A DNA stretch of 56,509 nt from a virus. Taxonomy: Duplodnaviria; Caudoviricetes. The position numbers were made by a program, and so were the translations under genes. This document shows, piece by piece, positions 11,402-18,120 of the stretch (its first letter is position 1; each line of letters begins with the position of its first letter). The DNA lies in IMG/VR virus record IMGVR_UViG_3300046804_003014, positions 1-56,509 of that record. One strand, 5' to 3'. Below the pieces are notes generated by a model that searched no databases, had not been told where the DNA came from, and worked only from the letters and a program-made list of their open reading frames with translations.

Positions 11402-12153
11402 CAAATGATTCTTGTTTTCTCGTGACCAACTCTGATACGAGGATCGCACCAGATTTCAAAGCCTGCTTCCTTTGCGTCTAAACAGAATGATACGTCTTCT
11501 CCACACATATCTTGTACTTCACCAGATTCAAAGACTTGCATCTTCGGAGCAAACCAAGGATACTTCATCTCAGAGTGTTCAAAGACTCCATTTTTAATTA
11601 ACAACCAACCAAATCCTGCGTAATCAACAGTGAATGGTTTACGACGCTTAGAGATACTCTCAAGGGTTTCATGATTCATCACACCACCATTGTTACGGAA
11701 ATCATCTTCTTCCATCCAATGTGCTACAGAAGTCGTGTGTCCATCTTCTGTACAATACCATCCAGAAGCAATGTCCTTATCCATCAGAACCAGTTGCCAG
11801 AACTTCTCAGTATTAAAGACAATATCACTATCAATCCACAACTGCCAATCATATTTCAGTTTACCGTCCCAGGGAATCTGATCAGGTCCACGAAGTACAT
11901 TTGCTCCAAGACACTTACAACGGGCAAAGTTTACCATTGAAGAGTAGTCTTGAGAAATCTGAATACTTGCGCCTGCCTGTACCAGATCAAAACAAAGTTG
12001 AACAAAGTTCTTTAAGTAAGTATATGAGACTCCTCTTCCAGGTAGACAGAATACAATAGTCTTACCCTTTACCATCTCACGGGCAAGATTGTAGTCCCAC
12101 TCTGGTTCTGAGGCAGTCGGCGTTTTTGCTTTTACGGTAAATCCTTTAGCCAT
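11401..12153 (-). CDS. GT-A fold glycosyltransferase-like protein
   Basis: VNFARCK, LWIDSDIVF (DxD), GFGWLLIK, GEDVSFC and WCDPRIRVGH motifs. Confidence 0.8.
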   Translation of the reverse strand: MAKGFTVKAKTPTASEPEWDYNLAREMVKGKTIVFCLPGRGVSYTYLKNFVQLCFDLVQAGASIQISQDYSSMVNFARCKCLGANVLRGPDQIPWDGKLKYDWQLWIDSDIVFNTEKFWQLVLMDKDIASGWYCTEDGHTTSVAHWMEEDDFRNNGGVMNHETLESISKRRKPFTVDYAGFGWLLIKNGVFEHSEMKYPWFAPKMQVFESGEVQDMCGEDVSFCLDAKEAGFEIWCDPRIRVGHEKTRII

Positions 12154-12175
12154 AATAGAATGCGTTTACATCAAG

Positions 12176-12204
12176 ATCATACAGTATTATGTAGCGATTG
12201 TCAA
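12176..12204 (-). promoter_or_regulatory. Sigma70-type promoter for the glycosyltransferase operon
   Basis: TTGACA-N17-TATGAT. Confidence 0.75.
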
Positions 12205-12377
12205 TCACCTTCCTTTTCGGTTATTACGAGATCTCCACCCTCAATTGATAGACGAACTTCTGTGTCTTCATACCATGAAAGTTCGTTCGTGACCCACTCA
12301 GGTATCACAATATAATAGTCACCAGTGATTGGATCGACTTGTACGGACTGAAAATTTTCTCCGGAATTTTTTTTCAT
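12201..12377 (-). CDS. AbrB/MazE-like swapped-hairpin DNA-binding protein
   Basis: YYIVIPEWVTNELSWYEDTEVRLSIEGGDLVI matches the AbrB pattern IP..l...Lg...gd.v......g.l.i. Confidence 0.65.
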   Translation of the reverse strand: MKKNSGENFQSVQVDPITGDYYIVIPEWVTNELSWYEDTEVRLSIEGGDLVITEKEGD

Positions 12378-12522
12378 TTTGAGTATATGAATTTTCTTTT
12401 TAGATTTATATAGCTCTTTAGATATCACTCGCTTCCGTAACACTTTGTAGGTTAGGGGGACCCATGGTTTTTATATAACGGCGGCGCCCCCCGCACGACC
12501 GCAACCCCGGGGCACTGCTGCT

Positions 12523-12726
12523 TCACGAACGAACACGGGGCACATAGTTACAATGAAGACCCGCAAGTTCCCAGGCAGGATAACCATCAATGCCCGCACG
12601 ATTGAGTGAACGACCGAACGTATCATCACGGTGACTGTTAAGTTGCGGACGACCCTTAGCAACATTGGTGCTCACCCATACGGTCTGGCGGGTGTTAAGA
12701 TCGGATGCGATGTTGTAGAGTGCCAT
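12523..12726 (-). CDS. Hypothetical early protein
   Basis: 67 aa ORF, last gene of the early island. Confidence 0.6.
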   Translation of the reverse strand: MALYNIASDLNTRQTVWVSTNVAKGRPQLNSHRDDTFGRSLNRAGIDGYPAWELAGLHCNYVPRVRS

Positions 12727-12760
12727 GAGAAGAAAGTGTGAGGGACGGTGTTAACGAAGT

Positions 12761-13048
12761 TCAGACATGAGCGCAGGCAAAGTGTGGAACTGGTTGCGCC
12801 TGACTGAACACGCCGTAGAACATATCCCATGCGGGAGTATCAACGACGAAGGTGTGAATGTCCGCCTGATCGCATACCCAATCGTATGCCATATCAGCAC
12901 TGGCATTTGTATCAATCACGAAATCGTAGAGTCCTTCGATTGCACCACGGAATGCATCATTCTCAACCAGTGACATCCAGGATTTGCCAGTTTCAGTATC
13001 TTTGATCATGACTTTGCCAGTGATGCTATAAACGGTTTCGATGCTCAT
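12761..13048 (-). CDS. Hypothetical early protein
   Basis: MSIETVYSITG..., directly after the dyad promoter at 13073-13131. Confidence 0.7.
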   Translation of the reverse strand: MSIETVYSITGKVMIKDTETGKSWMSLVENDAFRGAIEGLYDFVIDTNASADMAYDWVCDQADIHTFVVDTPAWDMFYGVFSQAQPVPHFACAHV

Positions 13049-13072
13049 GTGTGTTTCGTTTGGTGTCCCCAT

Positions 13073-13131
13073 ATTGTAGAACCCCCACCCGACGAATCGG
13101 AGTGAGGGTGTGCCACTAATTAGACTGTCAC
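13073..13131 (-). promoter_or_regulatory. Dyad-type early promoter
   Basis: GTGACA-N10-TGGCAC (13110-13131), 31 nt, TACAAT. Confidence 0.8.
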
Positions 13132-13265
13132 CAGATAACGGGATTGCCCTGATGATCGGTTACAGTTCCCTGCTCATTGTCGTTTGCGATTGATTCCAGG
13201 ATCTGGAGGATTTGATCGCCATTGTTACCTTGACGGAGCAGAGAAATTGCCAGGGATTGAGTCAT
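13128..13265 (-). CDS. Small hypothetical protein (45 aa, not in track)
   Basis: MTQSLAISLLRQGNNGDQILQILESIANDNEQGTVTDHQGNPVIW*. Confidence 0.65.
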   Translation of the reverse strand: MTQSLAISLLRQGNNGDQILQILESIANDNEQGTVTDHQGNPVIW

Positions 13266-13301
13266 TTGAAAAAAGAGTTAGAGTGAACGAAGGGAGGTGA
13301 T

Positions 13302-13475
13302 TCAGGCAGCGATCAGAACATCATCCTCCCAGCGGGTAGCAGTCAAGATCTCATCATAGATGCGATCAGCAACCGACTCAACATAGCGGCGGTCTGCCTT
13401 AAGAATTGCTGCCTTACATTGTGCGGCGATCTCATCAATGGAGATGGCACGATCAGTGGAAGGATTGTAACGCAT
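13302..13475 (-). CDS. Hypothetical early protein
   Basis: MRYNPSTDRAISIDEIAAQC..., after a dyad promoter. Confidence 0.65.
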   Translation of the reverse strand: MRYNPSTDRAISIDEIAAQCKAAILKADRRYVESVADRIYDEILTATRWEDDVLIAA

Positions 13476-13500
13476 TGGGTTCGTTGTTTGAACTGAAAGA

Positions 13501-13559
13501 ATTGTAGGATGGGATGGGGTGGAATGGGGGGCGGTGTGTGCCACCCCCTTGACTGTCAC
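13501..13559 (-). promoter_or_regulatory. Dyad-type early promoter
   Basis: GTGACA-N10-TGGCAC (13538-13559), 31 nt, TACAAT. Confidence 0.8.
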
Positions 13560-13877
13560 TCAGGCAATTCGCATACCTGAGAAGAAAGGAATCACGCCGT
13601 AATCTTTAGACTGAAAGAACCACTGATAGTTCTTCTGAAAGATACCTTCGCCAGGGATTCCGTGCTCAGAAAGAATAGCATTCAGGCGGGATTTGGTAGT
13701 GTTTGAACGATACCCACCATCAAACAATTCGATCCAGGTTTCGCCAATCCGAGCGATCAGATTGCCGTGCAGGTAGACATCAGAAACATCAGAACATGAG
13801 ATGACCTCAGTGTTATCAAGTTTGAAATCTTCGCTGGCAGTGATAGCAGCGTTCATCAGGCGTTCGATCTTCCGCAT
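13560..13877 (-). CDS. Conserved-type phage early protein
   Basis: MRKIE..M, VYLHGNLIA and SNTTKSRLNA motifs recognisable from phage hypothetical families. Confidence 0.75.
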   Translation of the reverse strand: MRKIERLMNAAITASEDFKLDNTEVISCSDVSDVYLHGNLIARIGETWIELFDGGYRSNTTKSRLNAILSEHGIPGEGIFQKNYQWFFQSKDYGVIPFFSGMRIA

Positions 13878-13903
13878 GGGTTCGGGTCGTTTGGTATGCA
13901 GTA

Positions 13904-13962
13904 AGTCTACAGGGTCAGTCACGGATCCAGGAGGCAGCGAGTGACAGTGCATCAGCTGTCAC
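13904..13962 (-). promoter_or_regulatory. Dyad-type early promoter
   Basis: GTGACA-N10-TGTCAC (13941-13962), 31 nt, TAGACT. Confidence 0.75.
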
Positions 13963-14034
13963 ATGGCGGATCGGTGCCAGGGGTTGCCATAGGATCATCA
14001 GAGCAACCGCAATCAGGAACCAATTCTTATGCAT
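13915..14034 (-). CDS. Small membrane peptide (39 aa, not in track)
   Basis: MHKNWFLIAVALMILWQPLAPIRHVTADALSLAASWIRD*; start overlaps the upstream stop. Confidence 0.55.
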   Translation of the reverse strand: MHKNWFLIAVALMILWQPLAPIRHVTADALSLAASWIRD

Positions 14035-14570
14035 CAGAACTCAAAGTTCACCACACGATCTTCACAGTAACCACGGCGGGCATGAGTGAAGTAATCCGTC
14101 TTATCTTTGCCACCCGATTGAGTGAACATGTTGCGGATGTAGAAGTCAAACCCACGCTCATCTTCCTGCCACTCATTGAGTTGCTGATACTGCTTCAGAG
14201 TTACATTCAACTCGGCAATCAGTTTGTTATACAATTCCCGCTTTTCTTTGCTCACCACATCATCAGCAAAGAATACCGTGGTTTCGTTATACTTTTTGCT
14301 GCTGAACACGTAGATAACACCTTCCTTCGGCAATCCACCATTGTAGGTAGGATGTGCCTGTTTGGAAGATTTACACTCAATGTCGTAAGTTTTGCCGTTG
14401 TAGTGTACACGGAAATCAGGAGAGTTTTGAATACCATTCGGTTGATATTCATACTCCAGGTTATACTTTTTCAGCAGTTCTTCTACCTGCTGTTCGTGAT
14501 AGGAATTGTCTTGAGAATTGCTGGCATATTTGAGATCCAGGCACTCAATGAAGAATTGATTCAGAGTCAT
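14034..14570 (-). CDS. PD-(D/E)xK endonuclease-like protein
   Basis: HEQQV...SPDFRV...DIECKSSK catalytic pattern. Confidence 0.75.
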   Translation of the reverse strand: MTLNQFFIECLDLKYASNSQDNSYHEQQVEELLKKYNLEYEYQPNGIQNSPDFRVHYNGKTYDIECKSSKQAHPTYNGGLPKEGVIYVFSSKKYNETTVFFADDVVSKEKRELYNKLIAELNVTLKQYQQLNEWQEDERGFDFYIRNMFTQSGGKDKTDYFTHARRGYCEDRVVNFEF

Positions 14571-14601
14571 CTCGAAAATTGCTTTCGTTGATTACTTTGT
14601 A

Positions 14602-14660
14602 AGAATAGAACGGATTAGGGCATCTGTCTACGGGGTGTGTGCCACCTTCTCAACTGGCAC
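14602..14660 (-). promoter_or_regulatory. Dyad-type early promoter
   Basis: GTGCCA-N10-TGGCAC (14639-14660), 31 nt, TATTCT. Confidence 0.8.
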
Positions 14661-15546
14661 ACTGAAAGCGGCGGTTGTTGAAGTTAGCGTTAGAAAAGAC
14701 CTCACGATTCACCAGTTTGAACATACCAAACTCATTGGTGAGAACGTAACCCTCAGCATCAATCCTGTTGCCGTACAGGTATGCTGCGGGACCCTGATTG
14801 CGGCAGAGGTACAAACAATCATCTTTGATTGACTTCACCAATGCCCACAAACGCAGCAGGTTAGCATCACAATCAAAGTCGTCGGGGTTGACTTCTTCAC
14901 CAGTACGAATGCAGGCATTGATCTGTTGTTTGATCTTTGCCGCTTCCTTATCAGTTACGAACTCACAGGCAGTAGACATTTGACGGGCAAAGTCACAGAT
15001 TTCTTCTACATCAGCGAACGATTCTTGCCCGTGCTGAATGTATGCTTCAGGTTTCACAAATTTCACGTAGGGAGTATCCGTGATGGTAAACTTCATCGGA
15101 TACGCTACAGCATCACGAAGATCTTTGTCGGCAATGTAGTAAGTATGGGGAGCGACAATGATCTTCTCAGAAACTACCTCAGGAAACTGATAAGTGATCG
15201 TGTTAGGAGTATACTCAGTGTCACCACCGAAACCAATAAAATCACCTTGAAAGATACCGCTTGAATGAGGCAACCAGTCAAAACAAGCGTGCAGAATGTT
15301 TGCAACTTCGCCTTGATAGAATTGATTGATCTCATCATGCGAATGTGCGATCCGAATTTTAACTTTGTTAAAGACTGCTTTGGTGCCAACGAAGAACTCA
15401 CCATTGGCGGGATTAATACCCCACACAATAGCAGGTGCACCGTCAATCTTTACACTCAGATTGCCACGGGCAGTGAACCAATCCAGAACAGTAAGGTCAC
15501 CCGTGAGGATAGAATCTTCGGGGTGTTCGATGTGTTTGTTTTGCAT
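14650..15546 (-). CDS. Ligase-like covalent nucleotidyltransferase-fold protein (DUF6267-like)
   Basis: HIEHPED, SVKIDGAPA (KxDG), IFQGDF, EGYV and FKLV motifs. Confidence 0.65.
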   Translation of the reverse strand: MQNKHIEHPEDSILTGDLTVLDWFTARGNLSVKIDGAPAIVWGINPANGEFFVGTKAVFNKVKIRIAHSHDEINQFYQGEVANILHACFDWLPHSSGIFQGDFIGFGGDTEYTPNTITYQFPEVVSEKIIVAPHTYYIADKDLRDAVAYPMKFTITDTPYVKFVKPEAYIQHGQESFADVEEICDFARQMSTACEFVTDKEAAKIKQQINACIRTGEEVNPDDFDCDANLLRLWALVKSIKDDCLYLCRNQGPAAYLYGNRIDAEGYVLTNEFGMFKLVNREVFSNANFNNRRFQCAS

Positions 15547-15552
15547 GATCTT

Positions 15553-15611
15553 AGTATGGCACGAAAAAAGGGGAGTCGCAACCCCCCTTGTGCCACTTAG
15601 TCAGGTGTCAC
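15553..15611 (-). promoter_or_regulatory. Dyad-type early promoter
   Basis: GTGACA-N10-TGGCAC (15590-15611), 31 nt, CATACT; ATG 6 nt later suggests a leaderless mRNA. Confidence 0.75.
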
Positions 15612-15845
15612 AATGTCTGGACCATCAGTAATCTTTACACCGAAACTTTCCAGGGTTTCTTCATCATACAACTCAAGAATCTCACCAATCAACTGTTCTT
15701 CATCATAGGCAGAATAGCACTCGTAAAGTGTATCAAACACGAACTGTTCCATCGTCTTCATGTCCATCGAATCCATCACGAATTCGGCATACTTCTCACA
15801 AAGTTCGGAGAAGTCATCGGTCCAGGTTTTAACGTTGTTGGTCAT
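15597..15845 (-). CDS. Acidic hypothetical protein
   Basis: 82 aa, D/E-rich; coupled to neighbours. Confidence 0.7.
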   Translation of the reverse strand: MTNNVKTWTDDFSELCEKYAEFVMDSMDMKTMEQFVFDTLYECYSAYDEEQLIGEILELYDEETLESFGVKITDGPDIVTPD

Positions 15846-15997
15846 TTCAGAAGTTGGGTGAAGTTAGAAACAACAATCTGGCAGGCAAGGTCTTGAACTT
15901 CGGAGAGGTAATCTGCCTGACCGAACTGTGATTCTAGCAGGCAGATCAGATCCTCTTGGATTTGTTCACGAACTGAAATAATGTCAGTTTGGGTCAT
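15842..15997 (-). CDS. Small hypothetical protein (51 aa, not in track)
   Basis: MTQTDIISVREQIQEDLICLLESQFG...; overlapping start/stop on both sides. Confidence 0.65.
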   Translation of the reverse strand: MTQTDIISVREQIQEDLICLLESQFGQADYLSEVQDLACQIVVSNFTQLLK

Positions 15998-16266
15998 CAG
16001 TTAGCGTAGAGGGGCAGTTTCTTACGGTCACGGATTGAATCATCAATCACCTCACCAATCTGTTCGTAAATGTAGTCGGAACCTCCTACATCACAGAGCA
16101 CATCTTCAGTGAGTTCTTTAGAGAAACGCACTTCATCGCAGTTTTCACCAACGATCTCAAATACATCATCTTGAGTGAATACAAACGCAGCGCAAACTGC
16201 GTTCTCACCTTGACGCTCAATCAGTTGGTTGATAGAGTCACGAAGTTCAGAAAGTGTACGGTACAT
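15997..16266 (-). CDS. Hypothetical early protein
   Basis: MYRTLSELRDSINQLIERQGENA... Confidence 0.7.
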   Translation of the reverse strand: MYRTLSELRDSINQLIERQGENAVCAAFVFTQDDVFEIVGENCDEVRFSKELTEDVLCDVGGSDYIYEQIGEVIDDSIRDRKKLPLYAN

Positions 16267-16268
16267 AA

Positions 16269-16466
16269 TCAGGAAAGAACGTGGCGAAAGTTCAGGGATT
16301 TGATGCACCAACCATAAGCGGTGGTGATTTCTTCTACTAAATCATCTTCATCAGATGCCTCCCAGATTTGACTCAATGCCTCATCAAAGAGGTCAGATTT
16401 GTAATCATCATCCAGTTCATCTTCATCATCAAAATCAAACTCAATGTCGATGATTTGGTAGAGCAT
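16269..16466 (-). CDS. Highly acidic small protein
   Basis: IDIEFDFDDEDELDDDY...DEDDLVEEIT..GWCIKS. Confidence 0.7.
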   Translation of the reverse strand: MLYQIIDIEFDFDDEDELDDDYKSDLFDEALSQIWEASDEDDLVEEITTAYGWCIKSLNFRHVLS

Positions 16467-16615
16467 CAGTAGGTGACGAATGAAGAAACTTTATCATACA
16501 ACTTGGCAACATCTACGCCGAGTTGTTCACTACATTCTTCCCAATCATCGTGAAACTCAATGAGATCCAGCAGAGCACGAATCTCATCTTGAGTGAGTTC
16601 AATCATTTCTGCCAT
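16466..16615 (-). CDS. Small acidic protein (49 aa, not in track)
   Basis: MAEMIELTQDEIRALLDLIEFHDDWEEC... Confidence 0.6.
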   Translation of the reverse strand: MAEMIELTQDEIRALLDLIEFHDDWEECSEQLGVDVAKLYDKVSSFVTY

Positions 16616-16620
16616 TGTTC

Positions 16621-16746
16621 TCAATAATCGTAGTTTGCGTTCAGATACTCATTGACATCAAACTTTTCATCTTTGAGTTCAGGAATGTCGAGGTCAAAAA
16701 TCTCACCAGGCATGTCCTGAATCTCAGACCAGAGTTCATCAAACAT
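16621..16746 (-). CDS. Small acidic protein (41 aa, not in track)
   Basis: MFDELWSEIQDMPGEIFDLDIPELKDEKFDVNEYLNANYDY*. Confidence 0.65.
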   Translation of the reverse strand: MFDELWSEIQDMPGEIFDLDIPELKDEKFDVNEYLNANYDY

Positions 16747-16769
16747 TGAAATCTCTCAGCGACAAATGT

Positions 16770-16828
16770 AATGTATCAGAGATCGGGGGGCATCGCAACC
16801 CCCCTTGTGCCAGTTTAGAGATCGTCCA
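16770..16828 (-). promoter_or_regulatory. Dyad-type early promoter
   Basis: TGGACG-N10-TGGCAC (16807-16828), 31 nt, TACATT. Confidence 0.7.
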
Positions 16829-17042
16829 GCATTTCGTTAATCTCTAAACCGTCAATCTTAGGATCATCCCAACGGCAACCATCTGGGGTTTCTTTGCTAC
16901 CACAATCCCGCAGCAATTGAACTAGTTCCTGATAGTTACTGCAGGTCTTGGCAGCATCATACAAACCCTCATCATTGCCGATCCAGAGTGCAACATTCCA
17001 CGTTTCCCAATTTGCCCAACCGTTATAAGTTGCAGTGCTCAT
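16815..17042 (-). CDS. Conserved-type phage early protein
   Basis: YNGWANWETWNVALWIGNDEGLY motif. Confidence 0.75.
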   Translation of the reverse strand: MSTATYNGWANWETWNVALWIGNDEGLYDAAKTCSNYQELVQLLRDCGSKETPDGCRWDDPKIDGLEINEMLDDL

Positions 17043-17067
17043 TGGTCTCCTTCAGGTGAACGAATGT

Positions 17068-17126
17068 AATGTAAACCAGATTCAAACGAACCGCAAGGGG
17101 GTGTGTGCCAGTTCCCCAACCGTCAC
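17068..17126 (-). promoter_or_regulatory. Dyad-type early promoter
   Basis: GTGACG-N10-TGGCAC (17105-17126), 31 nt, TACATT. Confidence 0.75.
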
Positions 17127-17257
17127 ACGAACTCGGCCAAATAGTAATCTAACGGCAGCTCAAGTTCAGCCGCTTTCTGTTCCCATTCATCCCATTCTTC
17201 AGGGGATGCATCATTCAGGAAATCTTCCCGAGTATATTCAAAAGCAGGGCCACACAT
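17123..17257 (-). CDS. Small acidic protein (44 aa, not in track)
   Basis: MCGPAFEYTREDFLNDASPEEWDEWEQKAAELELPLDYYLAEFV*. Confidence 0.65.
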   Translation of the reverse strand: MCGPAFEYTREDFLNDASPEEWDEWEQKAAELELPLDYYLAEFV

Positions 17258-17259
17258 AA

Positions 17260-17418
17260 TCAAATCACCGAAACGTTAACTTCTTTGATGTTCAAACCAC
17301 AGAGTTGGTTGTAGACACGCTTGCTGATAATATCACAAGCATTCTTTAACCTTGAACGTTCGTACCAAATAGTACACAAACCATCGTAAGTTTCAACACG
17401 AATCCTGATGTCTTTCAA
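17260..17418 (-). CDS. Hypothetical early protein (TTG start)
   Basis: (M)KDIRIRVETYDGLCTIWYERS..., after a dyad promoter. Confidence 0.6.
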   Translation of the reverse strand: MKDIRIRVETYDGLCTIWYERSRLKNACDIISKRVYNQLCGLNIKEVNVSVI

Positions 17419-17441
17419 GGTGAATTCCCGACGACAGAGGT

Positions 17442-17500
17442 ACAATATCCGATCTTGCCGCTCAGCACAACCCCCCTTGTGCCACTCTCTCAACTGTCCT
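17442..17500 (-). promoter_or_regulatory. Dyad-type early promoter
   Basis: AGGACA-N10-TGGCAC (17479-17500), 31 nt, TATTGT. Confidence 0.7.
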
Positions 17501-17501
17501 C

Positions 17502-17530
17502 ATTCTCAATAAGATCTAGTTATTGAGAAT
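17502..17530. repeat. Perfect 11-bp inverted repeat ATTCTCAATAA-N7-TTATTGAGAAT
   Basis: Read directly; further half-sites at 17545, 18217, 18240 and 18262. Confidence 0.85.
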
Positions 17531-17578
17531 CAATAAGTCTTATAATTGAGAATCGATCCAATTCTTAAACTGTCACAC

Positions 17579-17737
17579 TCAGAAGATATCGGTGAAATCT
17601 TTGATGCTAACATGTATATCTTCGTCATCTTCTAGGTGTAACATCTCCCGCCAGGGGATATCATCTAGTTCTAGATCATCATAACACATGAGATCTAGAG
17701 TAACACGTACCATGCGCTTTGTATGTGTGGCAGCCAT
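17579..17737 (-). CDS. Small acidic protein (52 aa, not in track)
   Basis: MAATHTKRMVRVTLDLMCYDDLELDDIPWREMLHLEDDEDIHVSIKDFTDIF*. Confidence 0.6.
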   Translation of the reverse strand: MAATHTKRMVRVTLDLMCYDDLELDDIPWREMLHLEDDEDIHVSIKDFTDIF

Positions 17738-17768
17738 GTGAAACTCGTGCGATGTTTACTAGATTATA

Positions 17769-17918
17769 TCATGCATAGTGACGATACGCAAGTGATTCAT
17801 AATCTTGCCCATCTCGTGCGTAATCCTCGTCGAGATCTAGATCTTGTGCATAATACTCGTCTAGATCGTATGAATAGTCTGTTGCGTATGTGTAGTCGAG
17901 ATCGTAGTCGTCGTACAT
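17769..17918 (-). CDS. Asp/Tyr-rich small protein (49 aa, not in track)
   Basis: MYDDYDLDYTYATDYSYDLDEYYAQDLDLDEDYARDGQDYESLAYRHYA*; consensus promoter just upstream. Confidence 0.6.
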   Translation of the reverse strand: MYDDYDLDYTYATDYSYDLDEYYAQDLDLDEDYARDGQDYESLAYRHYA

Positions 17919-17949
17919 AAGCTCGTCGAGATTTGTATGATGCTTAATG

Positions 17950-17979
17950 ATTATAGCAGATATCTCGTCGAGTTGTCAA
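17950..17979 (-). promoter_or_regulatory. Consensus sigma70 promoter heading the early island
   Basis: TTGACA-N18-TATAAT with TG extension. Confidence 0.8.
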
Positions 17980-18069
17980 TGAGTATTCTAGACGAGATTC
18001 TCATAAGAGTATATATGTATTCTCGTCGAGATTTGTGTGGGTTTGGGGATTTTTGTGGCGCCGTGGGAC

Positions 18070-18098
18070 TTGACAAACTGCGCTTCTTATGATACGCT
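18070..18098 (+). promoter_or_regulatory. Plus-strand sigma70-type promoter firing into a non-coding repeat/AT-rich tract
   Basis: TTGACA-N17-TACGCT with TGn extension; no downstream plus-strand gene. Confidence 0.6.
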
Positions 18099-18120
18099 CG
18101 CTAAACTCACAAGTCTTGGA

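Noticed and set aside
15577-15595. TGGCAC...TTGC as a sigma54 promoter
   Set aside because: Spacing is N8 rather than N5, cyanobacteria lack sigma54, and the sites track a sigma70-type -10
13110-17500. Dyads as integron attC sites
   Set aside because: No GTTRRRY/RYYYAAC cores and no integrase in the window; the fixed distance to the -10 favours a transcriptional role
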